A stretch of DNA of 64,000 nt, taken from Tubulanus polymorphus. Its lineage: Eukaryota > Animalia > Nemertea. The stretch is from assembly GCF_964204645.1 (NCBI RefSeq), contig NC_134030.1:20048210-20112209 (forward strand). The letters run 5' to 3'. This document shows, piece after piece, positions 23,655 through 36,293 of the stretch; position 1 is the first letter of the stretch, and each line of letters starts with the position of its first letter. The position numbers and the translations under genes were made by a program. The notes beneath the pieces were generated by a model. The model had not been told where the DNA came from. It did not search any database and was given only the letters and a program-made list of their open reading frames with translations.

Positions 23655-26600
23655 ATGGTTTCGGTTCATTTTGTCGTGTTGATGCTGTTCGGTATGGATC
23701 GACTGAGAGCGCTGTTTATATCGTCGCTGGTCGTCTGGCGAGTTAACATCGCGCACGCTGATCTGTCTGACTCTGTGACGGTCAGTTCGTCTTGTAATAA
23801 CACTTGGTACCCCGTCGATTCTACGTCCGGTTACATCGTTTCACCGAATTACCCGTCGGTAACGCGCGGTGTTGAATGTCGTTGGTTCGTCAACAGCTCT
23901 TTACCGGAAACTTTCAACATCAAACTATACTACGACATCGAGCCGTCAATATTCTGTAGTGATAACTACCTTCTCGTCGGTGAGTCCGATAACAGATTCT
24001 GCGGTGAAGGAAAATACGAAATCCACCGTAACGATTCGATCTCATTGCTGTTTAGAAGTAACGTCGATGGTTCGCGGGGTAGTCGGGTTTATATCACATA
24101 TCGTTTAGAACGAAACAATTTGAAATTAATTCACACCTGCGCAAAATACGGTTTAAAAATCAACAAATCACCAACATCGATAGGATACAAGTTTGCTTTG
24201 TTGGTATGGCAATGTAAATTGTATTTAGAATGGATCGGGATCCCGGATGGGTTTGCTATGAATTTCACGTTTTCGCTGATAAAATTCCAATTATTTCCCG
24301 GCACCGATCCAGCGACAACTGTTCAAATTCATGACGGATGGAACAGCAGTGAACTTATTGCTGTAATACCAGAACAAACCGGACATCCACCTTCATCATT
24401 CTATACTAAAACTAACAAAGCTATGATCAGTTTGCTACTTGGGCGAAACGTATTTACATCACGATTATCAGTTCAAGTGTATAGAATATCAGATTGGAAC
24501 GTCTCTAATCCGTTAATCCAAATCTCTAATAACGAGTCTGGAGTGCTCATTCCTGATGACAACAGTTTACACGTAATAACTCGATCAAAACACTTACACT
24601 GCTGGTCTATCACAGTGCAGGTGTTACAGTACGTCGTCTTCAACTGGACACGTGATCTCAGCACATCCGGTGACGTAATTGGTGTATATAAACTAGAAGG
24701 GTTACGCGTTGTAGAAACCGATATTTTACTCGGTTACAACTACCTGGAATCACTGAGTGTTAAATCTTACGGCTTTCTCGTCATACTGTGCGTTTTAATA
24801 AGACCAGGTGTTTTACAATCGAATGTGAAAATTGAATTTGAAGTGAAATCTATTTCCATAAAAGACGCACGAGTGGATAAACACTTGGTGAGTATTGTGT
24901 GTTTTGATTTTAAGTTTTGGATTTTACCATGTGTGGATCTCTATTACAAGGATTCATGCGTAGGGTTTTCCCGTTGTCTTCCGAAAATAAATTGAACGTC
25001 TTCGAAGAAGTTACGTGCACTTTTTCTTGGAGATCCAGATACTATAACTGCATGTGTTAGCGATTATTGGGATAATTTAAAAGAAATTTCATTTTAGCAA
25101 ATCTTAAAACACGAATTGCTGCACCTAACAAAATCATTAACGGACATAGATTTGAAAATGTTGTTATGTTATTAATACTTAAAAAAACAAATGCTGATTT
25201 CTTATATTTTGTAGATATCTGGCTACAGTTACAATTTACTTCCTCGATTTCTGTTCCCAACGACAAAGAAGACAACATTTTCGTATCGCATAAATACATT
25301 AGAATCTAAACGGAAAGTTGATATCTATGAGTATAGATTAAAACTAACAGTTTTATCAGAGACGTGCGAGAGAGTTGGATTTTATATATATGATGGTGGT
25401 AATTTTACAGCTAGACGCTATGGTCCGTATTGTCCTGGTTATAAATACGGTCGTAACGTCGTCAGTCTGATTACATCAGGAGGACCGGTTACTGTAGTAA
25501 CATACACTTATAACTGGGATAAAAACTTAATAGTTAATCCGGTGTCATATCTATTATTCGCCCCTACTGATTGTGACGGGTATGTTCTGCAGGAAGGAGA
25601 AAATCAGATGAATATGACGTCACACTGCCTCACGATTACACCTGAAAACCGGCGCCTTCCTTTAGAAAATATTTATATATTATCAGAACACGAATATCAA
25701 ATTCACACTTGTTCCCGTGGTTTAAATTCATGTCCTGTTGTTACTCTTACAACTCAATTACTGAATAACAGTCTCTTATTGAATCATCTGATGATAAAAG
25801 GGAGTAGTTATAGGTTCTGGAGTAGTTATATGATGATTGTACTACGACGTAAATGTTTGGTGTTGATGATCTATCAAGATTCCCCGGTACTTACTTCTGA
25901 TAGTTTTGCATACGTCCCGCCGATGCGAGAAAAATGTGGAGTCGCACAATCACCGAACTATCCTGGATATGTTCCACAACGCAGTAAATCAAGTTTGTAC
26001 TACTCATTTCATTACGACAAACATTTGAATTATTACATCAGATTCCTTTTCAAATTTATGGGACACGCCTCGTGCAGCCCTTCTAGTAGTAATGCCGTTC
26101 GAGATCAATTATTACTGGCACAGATTATTTCGAAACCTGGTAATCATGAAACCGGCTTTAGACAGCGTCGCCACGAGAATAAAATATGTGAAAATAACGC
26201 AGTACCTGGACTTGTATTGTACAGTCTACTCGGGTATGACGTTTACTTTGAAGCGAAAAACTATATCCCAATATTCAAAATTCAATACACTTTAGAACAA
26301 GCGTCCTTACAAACACATCTGAATAATGGCTGCGGATTAGATTTTCTGGATTCAGGTGTTTCGTGTATCAGATACATCAAACATGAACGTCTGAATTGGG
26401 AGAACGCTGAAATGTACTGTCAACAGAAATACGGAGGACATCTTCTCAGTATCAACTCTGAACATGAAATGATTGCTTTAAAAAAACTGTTCGCTACGAA
26501 ACTTCTTCAGGAGGCGTATTCACAGGCGGCGCTGATTGTGATGATTGGATTGAAATGGCGGGTAATTTCAAAGTTTCGTTATGAACATGTTTACCATCAT

Positions 26601-29600
26601 TCATTTAGTTTTGAACATGATTTTGAATTTGTTACGAATTCATTCATTCTCTACTAAAAGCCTAGAATATTTCATATTGATTGAAACAGATTTCTATTAG
26701 TCAACGTGTAAAATGTAACATGATCTTAATTTGATAAACTCAATTCAGACGCTTGATATAAGTTAGATATCCTAAAGCTAATCGTCATGAACACTTCTAA
26801 AACCATTTCGATCAATGAAACTGAATTTATTTTGAACAGAATGATGGTTATTACACGTGGACTGATGGGAAACCATTGAGCTACACAGAATGGTTTAAAC
26901 CTTCTATGATAAACGAAACGATACCAGAAGTTATTCAGGGATTGATATCTCCTCTACGAAAACAACCGATAAATGACGTCAATATGCCGTGTACGGCGAT
27001 GATTCTGAATAATCCACGAGGATCAGCGAACTGGGTTCGATTTCCGTGTCAAATCGAGGAGACTCGAACAACTTTCATTTGTGAAAAAGACAACGATAAC
27101 TCCTCGTCGACTAAAAATCACAAATTACCTGTTGCAGAAGAAAACTATACTTATTATTCGGGGATATTGGAATCAGTTAACTCCACGTGTTTTAAGGGAT
27201 GGATTGGTATAGAAGGACATTGCTATCAGATACTTACAGCCTGGGATACTCACAGATTGACAATTCGGGAAGCTGAGGAAATGTGTCTTCAAATCGGTGG
27301 TGAATTAGGAATAGTATCCAGTGATGTTATAATTCAGCATTTGATTCAAATATTTCATTATGAACATCAATATGGTGCTATACTGGCGAAGGCTACGGAT
27401 AGTGAATTTCTTGCTCTGAATCCAGTTTTCACCAGAGATGAAATAACATATAAAAAAACGGTGAAATGGTCAGTGACTGCCTTTGATAATGTCACAGATG
27501 TAGCGCATTCAGTGCTATGTTCCTATAATGTAACTGATGAAGAGTTGACTTCTATAAAAAGGTGTAAATCGTGGCAATTTGAATGTAACGATCAAAGATG
27601 TATCAGCGATCATCGCGTATGTGATACCAGAAACGACTGTCAACACGGTGATGATGAACTCGATTGTTCGAAATCAATCTTACAGAGTCAGTTCCACTGT
27701 ACCGATGGAGAAGTTATATCTGTTAGTAATTTGTGCGATTTTGTACGAGATTGCGCTGACGGATCAGATGAGAACTCGTGCTATCATACTTCATGTTCCT
27801 CTGAACAGTTTAAGTGTAGCAATGGACAATGCGTGGGTAAATATAATCAATGTGATGGACTGGTTGATTGTAAAGATAAATCTGATGAGATCGGCTGCTC
27901 TTCGGATGAATGTAACGGGTTTCTGTGTGTAAATGGTGAATGTATCAGTTCTCTGTTGTATCGGGATGGTGTTGTAGATTGTGCTGGTAGCCTCGAAGAA
28001 GATGAGATTGTCGTCAACATAACAGTTACACCAAAGATTCACTGTACAACAGAGAACTACTGTACGACTAATTTCACAAACTTATGTAAGAAATCCGATG
28101 AACAAAGATGTTCTTTCGATTCTCCTCATTGTTATTCTAGACGTCACAGGTGTATTCTAGAAAGGATGCCGATTGGTTACCCGGTATGTAGAAGGCTCGA
28201 ACATATACAAGGTTGTACTGATTTCAAATGTCCAGCTGGTGCTGCAAAATGTCCAGCATCTTACTGTATACCGATGGGACAGGTGTGCGATGGTCGATCC
28301 GATTGTCCTAACTCAGAAGATGAGCGAAACTGCAAGACTTTGTCGTGTCCTGGCATGTTTAAGTGTGGCCAGGAAATCCGATGCATACCTCAATCTGAAG
28401 TTTGTGATGGTGTCGTCAATTGTAAACATACCACAGATGACGAAGCGTTCTGTGACGTCATATGTCCAAAGGACTGTAAATGTCAAGGTCATTTGATAGA
28501 TTGCGATCATGCTGGTTTCGTAGAAATTACTGATCTTTTCTCGGCATCAACTCGAGTTCTGATTTTATCAAGAAACCAAGTTGTATTCAATGAGTCAACA
28601 TTTTCTTCGTACCTCTATTTACATTTCCTTAATACTTCACGTAACAATTTGTCTTATATTGTTCCAAACGCGTTCTCAAACCTGCATAATCTACATACAT
28701 TAGATCTTACCTATAACCGCATAATATCACTTTCCGCGAATACATTCGCCGGTTTGTATAGTTTGAAAATGCTTTTGATTTTTGGAAATCCAGTGAGATA
28801 TTTAGAAGAAGGCAGTTTTCAAGGTTTAAAGTCATTAAGCGATCTCGATCTTCACGGACTTTCCTTGTCGTTACTCGGTGGAAATGTGTTCCGTGGTTTA
28901 TCCGCTTTAGAGTCGTTAAATTTCAGCAGTAACGTGATCAGTTATATTTCACCAAATGCGTTCTCCGGATTAACAAAACTAAGAAATCTGGATCTAACCA
29001 AAAATTCTGAAGTCATATCCGTACAAAGAAACGTTTTTGACAGTCTTACATTATTGAGTTCGTTGGCTTCTGACGCGTACAAATTTTGTTGCATGGTTCC
29101 GAATGTTGACCAGTGTCTCCCGGAAGCCGACCAATTTTCATCTTGTTCCGACCTGATGGGTAACACTGTTCTTAGAGCAATCATTTGGGCGATCGCTTCA
29201 TTCAGCTTTTTTGCCAACATAATCGTAATTTTACTTCGCGTTCAAGCGTTACGCATTTCATCCTCTGAATCACGTAACACATCCTCTGATATCCTAATCA
29301 TTAATATTGCCACCTGCGATTTTCTCATGTCAATTTATCTTTTTCTGATCGCTGGAGCCGATTACGTCTATAAAGGTGTTTATTTCCTCAATTCCGAAAT
29401 GTGGACAGATAGTTCACTGTGTCGACTCGCTGGGATTTTAGTAACTCTTTCGTGCGAAGGGTCTTTGCTTTTTCTCCTGATTCTAACCCGTCAAAGATAC
29501 TCGAATATCGTCGATCCATTTTCTGGAAGCCCAATTATATCATCGACATATGTGTCCGGTATTTGCTGTATATGCTGGATCATTTTGGGCAACATTTCAA

Positions 29601-30070
29601 TGCTACCGTTGTCGTCATCTTCTTATTTCGGACATAACTTTTACGGCACAACTGGTGTTTGTTTACCTATGAATTTACTATCCATCGATGTCCACGCCTG
29701 GCAATATTCATTCGCTATTTTTGCCGTGTTTAACTCGGTCGTACTTGCTACAATAATGTTGACGTATGCACAGATGTATAGACTCGTATCTGGAAGCAGG
29801 TCCGGCTCGGGTAGAGCTGATCCTACCGAATTGGTTCTGGCGCGTAGGAGTTTAGTGATAAATCTGTGTAATTTATTTTGCTGGTTACCGATAATTATCG
29901 TTCAGGTTTGCGCTGTATTGCGAGTAGAAATACCGAACCAAGTGGCGGCTTGGTTGGCGGTACTTTTCCTACCGATCAACTCGTCACTGAATCCACTTCT
30001 TTACACCATCCTCACTATTGATGTTAAATCTATTCGGGCCAGAAATAAACGCGTTTTGAAAACTCGCTGA
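23655..30070 (+). CDS. GRL101-like CUB/CLECT/LDLa/LRR GPCR, copy 3 (~1936 aa); join(23655..24887,25215..26561,26840..30070)
   Basis: Same splice sites; exon 2 begins ISGYSYNLLPRFLF at 25215, in frame with the tracked ORF at 25542; domain motifs intact. Confidence 0.92.
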
Positions 30071-30673
30071 ACCATTCGACAGTCAAACCCTGACTATGCA
30101 CTCTAATCAGAATGCTGCGAAATCTTTTCAGATGAAATATATTATATACATAAACAAATACGTAGCAAACGTGTGGACTCGAGAACGAACTGATACTTGC
30201 TTATACGTTCCAATAAAAAAAAAACTGACGACACTTAAAGATAATAACGCAAAGTAATGAAATCATCGAATGGGTTTCGAATCGTGTCCAGAAATACGAC
30301 GTAGCGATAAGAATACACGCTAGGAGAGCTGAGTAATGTTATCTAATATGAGTTGTAACACCGATTATCCTGACAGTTAATTACGCTTATTTTATATCAG
30401 GATGATTTGAAAATTATGTAAGCTGGAAATAAAAGTGCCAAATAGTGGTACATATTCTACGTTCATCGATTTAAAACCGTATTTGAACGCTTCAATGTTA
30501 AAGCGAAGGATAAAGCTTGCGTTGCTTTCGTCCATTCAAAGTCCTACGCCCGGAGGAGGTGGGATCACTTCAAATGCGTGTCGAACCATATGGACATTAT
30601 CGGCGCTGTTAAAGGTGATCTACGTCTTTTGAATTCAGTCGTGTTCAGTATGTTCTTGCCAGTTTCTCGTTTA

Positions 30674-31018
30674 TTAATCTTTTATAGCCTCGGCCTTCAA
30701 CACCCCCCTGACAAAGGATAAGTATCGTCTAATGCACTGAGTTAGGTGTACTCGGGCCCACAACGGGAACGACAATTGAATCAATCGCTCAACACTGATC
30801 AGAATGATAACCGAGTTCCGATTCATCTTCGCCGTGTGCTGAAGTCCGTCACAGTACACAGTAAACACCGCCGACACTCCGTAAAAATAATTCAAATATC
30901 GGAATTTTTCCAGACCGTACGTCCACAACGATAAGTATTCCTTCAATGAGGTGAAGCAAAATAACGCGACCAGGTATTTTAGGATCGCAAATATTCTGAG
31001 CAGGTGGTACGTACAAAT
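30674..31018 (-). pseudogene. Peptide-receptor-like GPCR fragment, best-preserved copy
   Basis: Open frame ICTYHLLRIFAILKYLVALFCFTSLKEYLSLWTYGLEKFRYLNYFYGVSAVFTVYCDGLQHTAKMNRNSVIILISVERLIQLSFPLWARVHLT. It is preceded by a pyrimidine tract ending TTTACAA rather than AG, and stops soon after ICL2. Confidence 0.65.
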
Positions 31019-32138
31019 TTGTAAATTCGAGAAAAAACAATTGTAAGAAATAACCGTGAAAATTAGCGTTCGAACCCCTAAGCCCTCGGTTGCCTGGAGA
31101 CTAGCGACCGGCGGCTTAAAACCACTCGGCCAGTGAGCCTGTTACATGAGTTCATAGAAGATTTGGATTGTGTATTGAGCTTGGATCAAAATTTCCACCA
31201 GTTGTGATCTAGATGCTTAGTTTACGTTAGTATACTGAACGGCATGATCGATGACCAACAATATTCACCATTCAATATACGATTTACTCACCTGTTGCAC
31301 TGAAGGTTTGGGTTACTGATATTTCTGATCGATGAACCATGCTCACGAATCGGTGTGCAAATACATTTTCTAAAAGGAGTTTAATACAAATATACAGTTT
31401 GACAGGTTGTAGTGCAGTTCGGTCGTCAAAACAACTGACGAAAATTGTAATGAATAGTTAACCTATCGTGTGAAACTGAATTAACTCACAAACATCAGTT
31501 TAAGTACCGTACTGCTATTTCCAAACTTTCGTTGTATTAAATTAGACAGCCAAGAAAATTCACCCCCAATCAGTCGCTTGCCGGTTAAGACTGAATGAAA
31601 GATTGTTTGAATGAACCGGAACCGAATTTCCCAATTATGTACTTTGAACAAAAAACTTTTGTAAACTCGACCGCCGATCACACAACTATATCTGTACTTC
31701 GATTATCGATTGTAAAACCAAACCCCCTGTTTCGCTCCCGGCAGGTGTGGTGGGTTTGTAAGGGACACTCAATCAAAAAATCAAACGAAATTTACCAACC
31801 AAATAAATAACAGGGACCATCCCTATTTTAGGAAAAAAAACACAAATGAAGAAGAGCCACAATTCAAAGTATACACGATAAAATCTATCAAATTGAACCC
31901 ACTACGTTCGCTAACAGCCACTATCACGTGGAAAGCGGCAAAATTTCGGCAATATTTAAACTTCAAACCGGGGCGTTGATGACGTACGTAGTCCCGGCCA
32001 ATTACATACATGAGTGTCTTCTAAACGATTAATATATTTATCGAAAATCCCCATTAAAATATTCCTGCTGTGCGGCCAGTTTGTTCTCTACTTATCACCA
32101 AACTGTGTAAAACATATCCTCAATTGACGGTGCAGTAT

Positions 32139-32523
32139 TTCAGGGGCGAATCTCGGGTATTTGGGTCCAGGGAAGTAAAAGGGACCATATGAAACGTTTC
32201 TGTAATGACGATGCAAGACGCATAACGACATAGCCCTATGGCCAGGGGTACTCGACAATAGAAATGTTATGAAATTTTAAGAAGAATTTGGTCGGATTTT
32301 CCACGAAGTTGAATATTGACATCCATGAAATTGATCATAAAATACACAATACCACGACCACAATCACAATACCATTGTATATTCATCATTTTGTATGAGA
32401 AAATACCACTTCTGTTTGTTTTATATTCACCTTAATTAAAATAATAAATTTAAACAGTTTCGAGGATTTCTTAGGAATTCCTTTTTGGGACTTTCAAATT
32501 TAGGCTCTAAATCCGCCCCTGAA
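32139..32523. mobile_element. MITE-like non-autonomous DNA element with both ends present (only the right end survives in other units)
   Basis: TTCAGGGGCGAAT (32139-32151) and ATCCGCCCCTGAA (32511-32523) form a 12/13 inverted repeat. Right-end remnants lie near 8000, 19855, 44610 and 56935. Confidence 0.6.
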
Positions 32524-33832
32524 TTGTGCCGCATTCTTAGGCATTTTTTACTTCAAGCCTTCAAATCACGAGGAATACACGTATCACAGAGGGCCGCATT
32601 ACGTCACTGCAGAGAATGCGTCTCTTGGAGACGATGGTGGAAGGCGGGGACTTAACAAAACTGTTTAGATGATATATAAGATGTGTTTTTCTGCTTTCGT
32701 GATGGATCTAAAAACTTCTCGCTGCATTTCCCTGTAAGAGGACACCATGAAGAGTCAATCAATCACCAAAGCTGTGCAATTATTTGGTTTTATTTCAATT
32801 TGTATTTGAAGAATATATAGTATCGCGCGCAATATTTTTCATTCATTCGTCGACTGTTCTGGCTCGAGAAAACGAGATATTGTCATTTCGAAAGTATAAT
32901 ACGTTGGAATAGCGACTAAGGTAAGCGTAGTGATAAAATATTCTAATTTAACGATAAAAATGATACCTTGTTTCTTAAAAGCTTAAAAGTTGACCCGCCC
33001 GGCCGCCGCCTATCTACCCTATACATTATTCTAAAAAAATAAACTTTTATCAGCCAATCGACGACAAGACGCGGCGGCTATTGAAACGAATGGATTACAA
33101 ATTTTATTGAAATTTACAAAATAATCCGGGCGCTGCGGAGAAACAAGGTGTCATTTTTAGCCTAAAATAATATACTCCGATAAGTACAGCAGCAATTTCA
33201 GTAACCGGAATCTAAAATACGACACATGACTAAACACTTTTTTTCTGCTGAAAATCATGCATCGATTAATTGATCAATGACGTGTCATATAGTGTTCTAT
33301 CAATCGTGTTCATAACCAAATTTTTCTATAATAAATGATTTTCTATAATTGAGGTTAGTAACTAATTTCAAACGAATATCTTTTGACTAGATCATTTGGG
33401 CTGAGGAACCAAACTTGGAAGCGACTCTGAAGACAAAAAATGAATTATCGATGATTATCTATATTAGATATTTAAAGCTTATCACTCACGGAAAGAAACG
33501 ACAGAGACTTGTTCCTGCGATGCCCAAACACTAGCAATGCGGCCGCCCTGCACTCACTTCATAGCACGGCATTCAAACCAGCGATTCAAACCCGTTACAC
33601 TGCTCTGCACTAAATCAAAAATACATCAAGTATTCTTTATGAATTTTGACTATATCTATTATCAGTTCCTTTTTTCTGTGTAGCTGCGTTATTTCAAACC
33701 TGGCTCATTCTCTGACGAAAAGGTTTGCTCATTGAGAGCCTATTTGAAAACTGTCGCAATATCAATTTTCTTTTCGAATTTTTGAAAATGCCAAATTGCA
33801 AATATATTTTATTCAAATTCTAGGCGAAGAAA

Positions 33833-34509
33833 ATGCTTGCTTACACAATGACTCGCATATGTGCTTTTGCTGCGATTGTGGCCAGTGCCGCGGCCTTCAG
33901 TGGTGAGTTAAGACTAGGAAAATAATACTCACCTTCATGAGATTTCATAAAATGATATAATTCAATTCACAATTATCATTAAACATTTAGTATCCGTTTA
34001 TCGACGGAACGAATTGATTCGATAGATATATTTCACAAAATGACACATATACATTATGACAAAAACCCTGTTAATTGACGTGCAACATATTGTTATTATA
34101 CACATGTATTTTTTTAACACCCTGGCCCGCTAAGCGCCACGCTAGAAGCGGGTTCGATGTTTCTTTTTCCCAATACCCACATCAGAGAAGAACCTCCGAC
34201 CAAGAAACTCTGCCGCCTCCAGGGTTTGAACCCATAAACCCTGGATTAATGAGAGCAGTGTCAGGCGGCTTATACTACTCGGCCACTGCGCCTCTCATCT
34301 GTTATCCTCATCGGGATCATCATTATAGTCCTACATCTGGGGTGGGAGTTCCAATATTTCTTCAATTTAGGTAAAAACGTCTTTCACTTCAAAATTCAAT
34401 TTTTAATTTCATGCTTTTTGAAAATATAGATTGCCATCCAAAGGGCTGGACGTGTGACGATAGCCTTAAGTGTTGCAGCAACACCTGTAGAGCTAGTATT
34501 TGTTCCTGA
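33833..34509 (+). CDS. Secreted knottin (ICK)-like peptide C, 49 aa; join(33833..33902,34430..34509): MLAYTMTRICAFAAIVASAAAFS-DCHPKGWTCDDSLKCCSNTCRASICS
   Basis: Same exon structure, splice sites and six-Cys framework as peptide B. Confidence 0.85.
34109..34294 (-). mobile_element. tRNA-derived SINE-like element in knottin intron 2
   Basis: Copy of 9086-9271. Confidence 0.65.
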
Positions 34510-34972
34510 TCGTTGAGTACAAAGGTTTATAATGGGATATACTCGTGGTGGTTTGGGAAATGTATCCGATTATGAAACTGAACGACAGTCGGTTTTACTG
34601 ACTCGGCCGTGTACTAAAAAGCTCGCACTGAATCTATATTTGTTACCGATTCTTCATATCTTGTACTTAATTTGATTTAATAGAACTGCGAGTAAATAAA
34701 TCAATTGTCGGGTTGTTGACTGTTTATGATTCATCGGTCAGAGTTTTCAAAGTGATCAGAAGTGCCATTCCATCGGCGGTGAAGAACATTCATCGTCAAT
34801 TAAAAAAGACTACTCGTAAGCAAAAGTCCAAAATCTCCCTAATCAATTATTTCAGTCCCAGGGTTTAAATGTTTCATATGCATCCATCCATTAAGATATT
34901 TAGAGTTTTCTGTCCTAGTTCCCGATCGGCGATTTTCTTGTGACTTCACGCAACCACGTATGAAACTGGAGA

Positions 34973-35495
34973 AAACAATACAAATTCAGTTTTAAGATGC
35001 TTTAAATGAAATCCATTTTCGTAGTTCATTGATGCTTCGATCTTTTTATTAACGTCTGCAAACATCGTGCAATCTAAGATTTCAATAGATTATATCAGCA
35101 ATAGGTGCCGAATATAAAGAGTAAATAAAACTGGCCCCGAACTGTACCTGGGGGACTTCCACATCGAAAGTCAGCAAAATTAACTTTACCGTTTGTAACA
35201 ACTTTGTGTGTACATTCCTGAAGGTGGCTATAGATTTGAAATAATTCTGTTTTGAATTTGATTAGCGGCCATGCGTTCATGCATCTTTGTGGCTACAGGT
35301 TAGTAAGATAATGATCTATCATTATTCAATTAGTATAGATTTAAAAGTTGTGTTTTTTTATCAATTGCTCAACCGAGCATGATTTCAATTAAACAGTTCG
35401 TAGGTACAACACCGGTTTTCAAAGAGCAATTTATAATTCTAGTAACGATTGGAACAGTAACACACTGTTTTAGAATTGGCGCGGGCAACTAAAGC
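34973..35495 (-). mobile_element. Degenerate LINE RT remnant
   Basis: Copy of 9951-10488; a small deletion near 35050 disrupts the FADDT motif. Confidence 0.75.
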
Positions 35496-36293
35496 ATCTC
35501 CCTTATACTTCGCAAATCCACGACCCGCATCAAAATTGCTCGGAGCACCACGGCAAAACTGATCATTAACGCAACTAATGGTCAGTAGCGTATGTTCCAA
35601 ACGAGCGATGGAAATTCACCTATTTCAAACTGGTCATTTATGCGTAAAATACAAGCACTTGAGAGACACATGGATACGCGACATGGACTTAATAGCGTAA
35701 CCTGCATTTTCAAGTGTATTAATGGCTTATGCGAGCTTTCAACTTAAACTTCGTGTTGGGCGGTGATTTATTGATAGACCGTCTAGAAGATTGAGAACCG
35801 CATATTTTTTTTTAAAACTTTCTTTCAAAATCAATTCCGCAAGATCTAGCGGTTTGAAATCAAATCAATTCGTACGGATATAGTTAATGAAATTTTGGTC
35901 ATCTTGAATTGATGCAAAGATAGAAAAGCATTGAATGATGATTTTGAGGCTCATCGTGAATATTCGACGATTCTATAACTAAAATTACGTTCGGGTTGAA
36001 TGTTGTCTGATGAAATATGTAATGTCTAATGTCTAAATTCGTGTGTGAACAAATTGGAAAAATCAAAATTGGATTTAATTGACCTTAATTTCTCATTTTG
36101 GTGAGCAACATTGAATCTAGAAATTATTGCTAATTGGAAAACAGATCTGTAAGCAAAAAATCCAAACATTCCAACTCTAGAATCGGTTTTCAAACTAATT
36201 GCGGCAGTAACCAAAAAATCCACCCAAAAGAGGTCACAGCGAATTCTCTGATTGGACGAACTGTTATCTGTGCTCGGTTGTTATTCGACGAAT

